Shown here: positions 57,370 through 64,000 of the stretch, one piece after another
Layout of the letters: every line of letters begins with the position of its first letter
Position numbering within the stretch: the stretch's first letter is position 1
Assembly: GCA_020724525.1 (NCBI GenBank)
Contig: DYGU01000006.1
Coordinates: forward strand, 13,210-77,209
DNA: 64,000 nucleotides
Direction: 5' to 3'
DNA from: Dehalococcoides mccartyi
GTDB lineage: Bacteria > Chloroflexota > Dehalococcoidia > GIF9 > DYGU01
Made by a program: the position numbers and the translations under genes
The notes under the pieces: model-generated
Database searches by the model: none
Seen by the model: the letters and a program-made list of their open reading frames with translations, nothing else
Told to the model about the DNA's origin: nothing

Positions 57370-58376
57370 TGAAACAGTACCTTAGAATCTTCTTGACTCT
57401 ACTAATAACAGTGGGGCTAATATTCTCTTCAGTCATTTCCTGTGCCCCAGCCCCACCAGAAATTAAACCACCACCGCCACCCCCCATAGAAAAACCAAAG
57501 CCACCGGAACCGGAAAAACCGCTACCCCCACCTATGTTCCCGGTGACCGTCACCGATGACCTGGGCAAAAAGATAACCCTGGAGAAACCACCCCAGCGAA
57601 TAGTCTCCCTGTCTCCAAGTAATACCGAAATCCTTTTTGCCTTAGGTCTCGGGAATAAAATAGTTGGTGTTACCTCTTTCTGCAATTATCCCGATGAAGC
57701 CAGAACCAAGCCAAGGATAGGTGGTTTTCACCCTCCTGATATTGAAAGGGTGGTTGCTCAGAAACCAGATTTGATATTGGCTGCTAAAATCCATGAAAAG
57801 ACAGTCGTCCCCCCGTTAGAAAGATTAGGCTTGACCGTTTTAACTATGTCTCCCAAGACCCTTGAGGGAATACTTAAAAATATTACCCTGATAGGAGATG
57901 TCACCGGCAAAAGTCAGGAAGCGGCTGCTTTGGTGGCTAAGCTAAACGAGAGAATTAAAGTTGTTACTACCAAAACAGAAAAGCTAACCAGCGAGCAATA
58001 CCTCCGAGTCCTTTATGTTATCTGGCATGACCCAATATGGACAATGGGACGAGATAACTTCCAGAATGATTTAATTCAAAAAGCTGGTGGCAGAAATATC
58101 TTTGCCCCAGATTTCCCCGAGTGGCGCATTGTTTCCCTGGAAGAAATCCTTACCCGAAATCCTCAGATAATCATTGTCAGCGGCATGGGAGCGACACGGG
58201 GGCTTATTTTTAGCTCCATAAAGAATGAGCCAAGATTAGCCGCCACTGAAGCCCTGACTAAGGGGAAAATTTATGAAATTGAGGGCGACCTTATTGAACG
58301 GCCTGGACCAAGGATAGTAGAAGCTTTAGAACAATTAGCCGGGTTTATCCATCCGGAAATATTTGGCTCTCAATGA
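57370..58376 (+). CDS. btuF: periplasmic/surface-anchored substrate-binding lipoprotein, BtuF/FhuD-type (corrinoid-binding)
   Basis: The start is moved to MKQYLRIFLTLLITVGLIFSSVISCA, a signal peptide plus lipobox Cys. The AAGGAGA Shine-Dalgarno-like sequence lies 8 nt upstream. The signal peptide is followed by a Pro-rich linker PPEIKPPPPPPIEKPKPPEPEKPLPPP. A class III periplasmic-binding-protein fold follows. Confidence 0.8.
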
Positions 58377-61300
58377 AGCTAAAACTCTGGCAATATTGTC
58401 TCATCACCATATTTTTCTTCACCTCTATTATTATTGCCGCCAGCCCATCAGGGCACTCCCAGCTGGTGGCAGCCGATAGCCCAGCCCTCCAGTGGCTCCG
58501 CCTTAACACACCACAAAATGGTGCTCCCGGGCACTATGTTTTAATGAATAACTCTGAGGTTAGTCGTATTGCTGTCAGCAATGATAACAAGACCATTTAT
58601 GCCTTGGATAACTGGAACACACGGCTCTATAAATCTAACGATGCTGGCTATACTTGGCAAGACTTGACCACACGTCTTAATGCTGCTCCCGGGCTTCCCG
58701 GTGCCTACACTGCTTTAGTCGCATTAGCTACCCCGCCTGATGACCCCAATTTTGTGGCTGTCGCCGGGACCGCTGGCGGTATTAAAGCTGTCTCTATCTC
58801 CGCTGACGGTGGCATTAACTGGGGCTACACTGGTCCCCTCCCCACGACTGTTCTAGGCACTATCAGGTCCCTTGATGTGGCTAAAGCCATCCCTGGTGGT
58901 CTTGGCATCATTCGCAACATAGCTGTCAGCACTGCTAATGATATTGCTGGTGGCACCGTTGCCCGACTTGAGTTCGGTAGCATTGGTGGCTGGGTGGATA
59001 CCTTTGTTGCTTACCCTGGGGCTACAGCCTCCGATGTCACCGCTATAAAGTTCTCGCCCAACTTCCTCATTGACCGGACACTCTTAGCCGTCTGTCAGAC
59101 AGCTACCCGAAGTATCTTGCAAGCGGCTAACTTTGGTGCTGCTCCCATCTGGAACACTACTTACACAGGCTATCCCATTAACATTGATTATCCACCAGGC
59201 ACGGCTACCCCCAATGCTACTCAGATAATAACTTCAGATATGGCTTTGCCTTCTGATTATATAGGGACTAACCCGTCCCGGCGCCGCGTCTATATCGGTT
59301 TTAATGCTACAGGTGGTATCAGAGATGCCTTCCGTATTGATAATACCAGCGTTTTCCGCCTCAATGTTCTTGATGGTGCTAATATTGACTTGACCAGCAT
59401 TGCTTATTATGGCACCTATGATTCAGGCAAGCTTTTAGCCGGAAGAACTGATGGTATAGGTATAGAAACTCAGGTATACCGCACTTTTAACCCCCAGTCC
59501 CGCCTCCCAGACTGGAAAACCTCGGCTAAGCCACCCACTGGTCCCGGGAAAGCTTTCGTCCGCTGGGCACCAGATGGCAAGAGCGCTTTTTGCGGCACCA
59601 GCGGTGTTGGCGCTAATGATGAATCGGCTTTTTCCCGAAGCATTGATGCTGGTCTTAGCTGGAACCAGACTGGAATTATTGATACTGTCATTAACCGGAT
59701 TAATCACCTGGAACCATCGCCTAATGGCGACACCTTATTTATGACCACCATTAATGTTGGGGCAGCTAATGCCGATAGTCTATGGCGAAGTATCAATCCA
59801 ATAATGGGTAAATGGGAGCGAGTCCTGGCTCGCAGTAGCACCGGTACTGGTGACAATCCCCGGGCAAAAGTAGCACCGGATTATGCCGATACCAAGATCG
59901 TCTGGTTTATCAGCTTTGATATTTCCCTGAGTACCCAGCAATTACTCGTTTCCTATGATGGCGGTAATACCTTTGAAGCTCGGGCAAGCAATATCGTTCT
60001 AATTGACCTGGCGGTAGAAGACAAGAATACTCTTTACGGTCTTAACGCCTCTGGTGCTGTCAGCAAAAGTGTTGATGGTGGCTGGACCTGGCAGACACCA
60101 GTCATGACTGGACTTGACAATGGTTATAGTATTACTACCGCCTACACTGGTTCCACACCTGACAATGATAAAGGCAAGGTTATAGTTGGCGGCACCGGCA
60201 CTGGCAACTACGATGTTGCTTACTCTATTGATGGAGGTGCCACTTTTACCTCTATCCCCCTGCCCCTGCCAGCTCCTCGAGGCAATACCTTAGTCCTTGC
60301 CAGTTCGGGCTACAAGATGGATGGTACCATTTTAGCCATGACTGCCGATGGGATCTATGCCTGGGGAATTTATGCCGGGAAAAATGTCTGGGAACAATGG
60401 GGATTCACTTCCTGGGGAGGCTGGGATTACGGATTTAGATTTACTGGGATAGTAATCTTCCGCAATTATACTGCTTATGCTTCTACCCTTCGGACATTAC
60501 CCTGGGGCACCAATGGTGTCGGACGCTGGTTCTATCCCAACCTCCTGGCTAACCTTGACCCTGACGTTTCATTCCAGGCACAACCTCGAGGGCTTAAGCT
60601 TTCTGGTGGGCTGGAAGCTAATCAGCCGGTAGTTTTATGGGCAGCCGACACCCGTGCCTACAACCCACCTCAAGGTGGTGTCTGGTATTATGCCGATACC
60701 CTTATCTGGCTCGGTCCACCTCCCGCTGAGCCGGTAAGTCAAGCTATAATTGAATATGACCCGGTAACAGGAAGGGCTGGAGGAATTTTTCTCAAATGGC
60801 AGCCCCGCTCCTTAGCCGATGGCTATCAAATTCAAATCGCTGTAGACGAAGATTTCGCCGCTCTAATTACTGATATTGGTCGCTTTCCCTACTACTATCC
60901 CCACGACCCATTACAGCCAACTTTGCTTTTGCCGGCTGGTGGGGGCACCATCACTGACAGGAAAGGTAATTCCTGGGCAATCCCCGCCTTACCAGCGGGC
61001 AAGACTTACTACTGGCGAGTTCGAGTCCGGAGTACCATTTATGGTGATTCCCTGATGAGCCCCTGGTCCTGGCGGGAAAGCCTCGCCGTCAAGACCGGGG
61101 TGCCAGTAAGGTCTCCCTCACCCGGTTTACTTATTCTTAGCCCCAAAATCGGCGCCACTGATGTCCCTCCCACCCCTGCCTTCTCTTGGATACCTTCCCC
61201 CGGGACTACTAAATATGAGTTTGTCCTATACCGGGATGCAGCTCTAACTGATATTATAGTTAAAGCCATCATCCCCACCTCAGCCTGGCTTTACCCCGGC

Positions 61301-61540
61301 AAGCTTGAGCCGGGTAAAACTTACTTCTGGCAGGTAAGAGCCATAGAACCAGCTTTTAGTGATTGGAGTGCCATCGGCGTTTTTACCACTACCGAGGAGG
61401 CCACATCTAAAGCAACTCAACCTTTACCCACACCACAGCAACCTAAAATACCTCCCTGGATATGGCTAACTATAGTACTCTTCGGGCTAACCTGGGGCCT
61501 CGTGCTCATTTTGTTCCTCAAATCCCGCCATTGGCTATAA
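58373..61540 (+). CDS. large secreted BNR/Asp-box beta-propeller protein with FN3-like modules and a C-terminal TM anchor
   Basis: 1055 aa with an N-terminal signal peptide. At least six Asp-box repeats are present (SNDAGYTWQDL, SADGGINWGY, SIDAGLSWNQ, SYDGGNTFEA, SVDGGWTWQT, SIDGGATFTS). C-terminal GKTYYWRVRVRS and GKTYFWQVRA motifs are typical of FN3-like domains. The final helix is IWLTIVLFGLTWGLVLILFL. Its start overlaps the btuF stop by 4 nt. Confidence 0.7.
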   Translation: MKLKLWQYCLITIFFFTSIIIAASPSGHSQLVAADSPALQWLRLNTPQNGAPGHYVLMNNSEVSRIAVSNDNKTIYALDNWNTRLYKSNDAGYTWQDLTTRLNAAPGLPGAYTALVALATPPDDPNFVAVAGTAGGIKAVSISADGGINWGYTGPLPTTVLGTIRSLDVAKAIPGGLGIIRNIAVSTANDIAGGTVARLEFGSIGGWVDTFVAYPGATASDVTAIKFSPNFLIDRTLLAVCQTATRSILQAANFGAAPIWNTTYTGYPINIDYPPGTATPNATQIITSDMALPSDYIGTNPSRRRVYIGFNATGGIRDAFRIDNTSVFRLNVLDGANIDLTSIAYYGTYDSGKLLAGRTDGIGIETQVYRTFNPQSRLPDWKTSAKPPTGPGKAFVRWAPDGKSAFCGTSGVGANDESAFSRSIDAGLSWNQTGIIDTVINRINHLEPSPNGDTLFMTTINVGAANADSLWRSINPIMGKWERVLARSSTGTGDNPRAKVAPDYADTKIVWFISFDISLSTQQLLVSYDGGNTFEARASNIVLIDLAVEDKNTLYGLNASGAVSKSVDGGWTWQTPVMTGLDNGYSITTAYTGSTPDNDKGKVIVGGTGTGNYDVAYSIDGGATFTSIPLPLPAPRGNTLVLASSGYKMDGTILAMTADGIYAWGIYAGKNVWEQWGFTSWGGWDYGFRFTGIVIFRNYTAYASTLRTLPWGTNGVGRWFYPNLLANLDPDVSFQAQPRGLKLSGGLEANQPVVLWAADTRAYNPPQGGVWYYADTLIWLGPPPAEPVSQAIIEYDPVTGRAGGIFLKWQPRSLADGYQIQIAVDEDFAALITDIGRFPYYYPHDPLQPTLLLPAGGGTITDRKGNSWAIPALPAGKTYYWRVRVRSTIYGDSLMSPWSWRESLAVKTGVPVRSPSPGLLILSPKIGATDVPPTPAFSWIPSPGTTKYEFVLYRDAALTDIIVKAIIPTSAWLYPGKLEPGKTYFWQVRAIEPAFSDWSAIGVFTTTEEATSKATQPLPTPQQPKIPPWIWLTIVLFGLTWGLVLILFLKSRHWL

Positions 61541-61689
61541 GAATAGCATTATTACCGGTCTTGAGCGCTTTCTCACCGACCTGTATAAAGTCCATTCTGG
61601 TAAAGAGGCTGAACCCCGTCAGGCTATTGATGACTTTTATCTCAGTAAAAAGCATATAGACTGTGCCTCAGAACTGGAAGCTCGCTATT

Positions 61690-61800
61690 TGAAGGTGTGG
61701 CTTATAGACTGCTGAAAAAGTCCTTCGGACATTTTTCAGCAGCTTTTGATCTGCCCCAATGGGGAAAAGAGGGTTACCCGCTGAAAAACGCAGTTTTTCA
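61690..61800. terminator. two strong hairpins (bidirectional terminator region)
   Basis: ctgctgaaaaagtccttcggacatttttcagcag is followed by cttttg. ccgctgaaaaacGCAgtttttcagcgg is a perfect 12-bp stem. Confidence 0.45.
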
Positions 61801-61814
61801 GCGGTCTCCTTAAT

Positions 61815-62162
61815 TCAATACTTTGTCTCTTTATTGAGAATTTCTTCAATTTGTGGTATGAGTTCTGGCAATTCTTGTTTAACTTGCCAGATAACATCAT
61901 ATTTAATGCCAAAATAGTGGTGGATTAGTTTATCCCGTAATCCGGCAAGTTCCTTCCACGGAATTTGTGGATATTTCTTTTTTCAATTGGCAGATATGCT
62001 TTTTGTAGCCTCTCCCACAACTTCAAGGTTTCGAATCATAGCATCTTGAGTTTTTCTGTCTTGCATAAACCCCTCATAAGTTAATCCCTCAGTGTAAATA
62101 ATTATTCTCTCTATAGCCTCTTTAATGTCACCAAGGTAGTCTTTGTCTCTTCTTTTAGACAT
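61815..62162 (-). pseudogene. hepT: HepT/DUF86 HEPN-family toxin with an in-frame TGA
   Basis: Hand translation gives MSKRRDKDYLGDIKEAIERIIIYTEGLTYEGFMQDRKTQDAMIRNLEVVGEATKSISAN. A TGA follows at 61983..61985. It then reads KKKYPQIPWKELAGLRDKLIHHYFGIKYDVIWQVKQELPELIPQIEEILNKETKY. This is collinear with the intact paralog at 62627..62974. The ATGTCTAA overlap with the upstream MNT gene is typical. Confidence 0.6.
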
Positions 62163-62508
62163 AAATCAAACTCTTTTTGATATCCTCGGCAATATGCTTA
62201 TATCTTGGATTGCTAAAACTTCTTTCCAAGCACTCAAAGGTGGCAACATCCACTTTTCTGCCCAGTGATTCTTCAAGGTAATATGCCAGTTTTACAAATC
62301 CAAGACCTAAAGGTTTTTTGAGTTCTATAAGAATGTCTATATCACTTCTTCCCCTTTGTAAACCCCTGGCAAAGGAGCCGAAGATACATATTCTTTCTAC
62401 TCCATATTCATCCCTTAAATAGGGGAGCTCTTTCCTGAGAGCTTCGATAACACTTTCTTTTGTAAGTATTCTTTTCATAGCTACCATTATCCCCAACCTT
62501 AAAACCAT
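62155..62508 (-). CDS. mntA: MNT-type minimal nucleotidyltransferase antitoxin
   Basis: 117 aa. The ICIFGSFARGLQRGRSDIDILIE motif matches GS..RG....SD.D. Confidence 0.75.
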   Translation of the reverse strand: MVLRLGIMVAMKRILTKESVIEALRKELPYLRDEYGVERICIFGSFARGLQRGRSDIDILIELKKPLGLGFVKLAYYLEESLGRKVDVATFECLERSFSNPRYKHIAEDIKKSLIYV

Positions 62509-62626
62509 TATAACATGTTGAGGAACTCAAGCAATTTATCGCGGGAGTCGTAGAGCACAAGTTCGGGGAATTTCTCGGACCCCGTGATTTGGGGATATAG
62601 CTAACAGAGGAAATCAAAGGGAGGAC

Positions 62627-62974
62627 TTATTTCTCGTGCAGGTCTTCTAATACTTTTTGCATTAGTGGTTTCAGTGCCGGAATATCTTGCTTGATGGTAT
62701 CCCAAACTACCTTCAAATTGATACCAAAGTATTCGTGAATTAATTTATCTCTCATACCTGCGGCATCTTTCCAGGGTATTTGGGGATAACGATTCTTTAC
62801 CGAGCGAGATATTCTTTTGGCTGCTTCCCCAATAACTTCTAAAGCCCTTACCACCGCAAAGATAGTTTTATCATCTTTTATGAAATCGTTGTATTCCATA
62901 CCTTGTGTAAACTGTTGTATCTTTGATAGAGCGTCTATTACGTCTTCGATATAATCTAAGGACTCTCGCTTCAA
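62627..62974 (-). CDS. hepT: HepT/DUF86 HEPN-family toxin
   Basis: 115 aa. The R.KLIHEY(H) HEPN Rx4-6H-like motif is present (MRDKLIHEYFG). Confidence 0.75.
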   Translation of the reverse strand: MKRESLDYIEDVIDALSKIQQFTQGMEYNDFIKDDKTIFAVVRALEVIGEAAKRISRSVKNRYPQIPWKDAAGMRDKLIHEYFGINLKVVWDTIKQDIPALKPLMQKVLEDLHEK

Positions 62975-63351
62975 ATATTTATTACCTCGGTCAAAATGCG
63001 TTGTCCTATCCTTGGCTTTAAAGCGTCTTTCATAACTAAGTCAACTTTAATGCCTATAATTTCGCTCAGGTAATTTTCCAAATTAATAAACTTAAGAAGG
63101 CTTATTGGTTCATCAAACTCCACTAAAATATCTAAATCACTTCTCCTTTTAGGCTCACCCCTAACATAAGAACCAAATATTCCAATCTCCCTAACTTTGT
63201 ACCTCTGTCTCAATACTTCCTTAGACTCGGCTAAGATACTTTTTATTTCTTCAAGGGTCTTCATATTTCTGACCACCAAATTAAGGTTCTTCCTTAGACC
63301 CATTATAACATTCTCTTTGTGGTAGGAATATAGACAAAAAGGGAAAGGCAA
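62971..63351 (-). CDS. mntA: MNT-type minimal nucleotidyltransferase antitoxin
   Basis: 126 aa. The IGIFGSYVRGEPKRRSDLDILVEF motif is present. It overlaps the downstream hepT by 4 nt. Confidence 0.75.
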   Translation of the reverse strand: MPFPFCLYSYHKENVIMGLRKNLNLVVRNMKTLEEIKSILAESKEVLRQRYKVREIGIFGSYVRGEPKRRSDLDILVEFDEPISLLKFINLENYLSEIIGIKVDLVMKDALKPRIGQRILTEVINI

Positions 63352-63412
63352 AGCTATAATCAGTCTGTGGTTTCACTACCTCAGCCTCAAGTCCTTTTTA
63401 CTCAGGAAGAAA

Positions 63413-63916
63413 TTAAGAAAGCTGTCCAGCGGCTGGCTTTGGATTATTCGTGGCAAGCCAAGAAATGGGAACGACAGAAGCCATTTCGAGTTGGATAAGC
63501 TCTGGGTCACCTGTTACAATAGTTGCTCCTTTAAGTTTAGCCAAAGCTACAGCAAAGCAGTCCGCATAAGCTACAGACCAGTGTGCCTTAATATGGGCAG
63601 CAGCTAAGGTCTGGGCTCGGTTAGCGTCAACGATTTCAACCGGGAGTTCGTCAATGCGGGCTAAAGCTTCTTGGGCTTTTGGTAGTCCCCGCTCCCGTTC
63701 CGTTATGTATAAAACCTCCCCCAGGTTAACAATGCTCATAAACAAACGGCAGTGTCCGTGAAAAGCTTCCTCCAAGAGCTGCCTTACCCTCTCCTGCCCA
63801 GCTTCGTCACCAAAAAAGGCGAGAAGGGCATAGCTATCAAGAACAAAGCGCTCTGGCTCTAATTTATTTCCCTTTACTAAGGTCTTCTTTTCGGGACTGA
63901 AGAAGCGCCTGGACAA
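63413..63916 (-). CDS. vapC: PIN-domain (VapC-type) toxin
   Basis: The PIN N-terminal acidic motif is FVLDSYALLAFF. A D/E-containing conserved core follows. The annotated TTG start at 63916 probably over-extends into the upstream antitoxin. The true start is likely closer to 63840. Confidence 0.6.
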   Translation of the reverse strand: MSRRFFSPEKKTLVKGNKLEPERFVLDSYALLAFFGDEAGQERVRQLLEEAFHGHCRLFMSIVNLGEVLYITERERGLPKAQEALARIDELPVEIVDANRAQTLAAAHIKAHWSVAYADCFAVALAKLKGATIVTGDPELIQLEMASVVPISWLATNNPKPAAGQLS

Positions 63917-63918
63917 GA

Positions 63919-64000
63919 GAAGTATTGCCCTTCAGCATACCTGCCGCGGCATCTAAAGGGCTTTTGGAAACAGGTACAATAGCTATTACCCCACCATAAT
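63919..64000 (-). CDS. partial VapB-like antitoxin (5' end outside window)
   Basis: The minus-strand frame reads ...IAIVPVSKSPLDAAAGMLKGNTSLVQALLQSRKEDLSKGK*. It ends 2 nt before the vapC region. Confidence 0.35.

Noticed and set aside
59435-59707. Minus-strand 90-aa ORF inside the BNR surface-protein gene
   Set aside because: It is antisense to a 1055-aa ORF with repeated, recognisable Asp-box motifs. Spurious.
1-64000. tRNA, rRNA and CRISPR scan by eye
   Set aside because: I found no T-loop-like GGTTCGAATCC-type motifs with matching acceptor stems. There are no rRNA-like stretches. There are no regularly spaced direct repeats with unique spacers. The repeats present are dispersed, not arrayed.

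Overview
This 64 kb chromosomal segment is from a low-GC (~47%) anaerobe. Gene content suggests Dehalococcoidia (Dehalococcoides-like), but this is an inference from gene content, not a database hit. The core genes look intact, while many accessory genes are damaged.

Layout, left to right:
- 1-9.4 kb: the 3' end of the ribosomal-protein/secY/adk/map/infA/rpmJ/rpsM-K-D/rpoA/rplQ operon, followed by truA-rplM-rpsI.
- 9.5-25.7 kb: a minus-strand block of sugar-phosphate and methionine/SAM-cycle genes (PGI/PMI, PGM/PMM, metK, ahcY, a kinase fusion, archaemetzincin, a DNA methyltransferase with a possible broken partner, THEP1 NTPase, an AT-hook basic protein, core-MetE-like methionine synthase, mtnP, mtnA, adenine deaminase).
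- 26.7-37.9 kb: a redox/regulatory island. It contains NuoE-like, NuoF/HymB-like and a 2Fe-2S/4Fe-4S protein headed by a Cys-rich response regulator under a sigma-54 promoter. Alongside sit an NtrC-type regulator, a histidine kinase with a degenerate [FeFe]-hydrogenase-like sensor domain, rpoN, then mvhD-like and hdrD-like genes.
- 38.4-43.9 kb: a Kef-type antiporter, trxA, an MFS transporter, tatD, a ferredoxin and an HhH-GPD glycosylase.
- 43.9-48.1 kb: a toxin-antitoxin/pseudogene islet.
- 48.1-56.3 kb: a cobalamin-riboswitch-controlled btuCD-cbiB-cobD-cobQ-cobT-cobS-cobU salvage cluster.
- 57.2-61.5 kb: a second cobalamin riboswitch in front of btuF plus a 1055-aa BNR beta-propeller surface protein.
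- 61.8-64.0 kb: HEPN/MNT and VapBC modules.

Cross-cutting observations:
- Four paralogous small membrane coiled-coil proteins are scattered through the window.
- There are two families of structured intergenic repeats.
- The accessory genes carry an unusual number of in-frame stops and frameshifts (nuoF-like, mvhD, hdrD-like, tatD, hepT, an eIF-2B-like gene, an excisionase). Core genes are clean.
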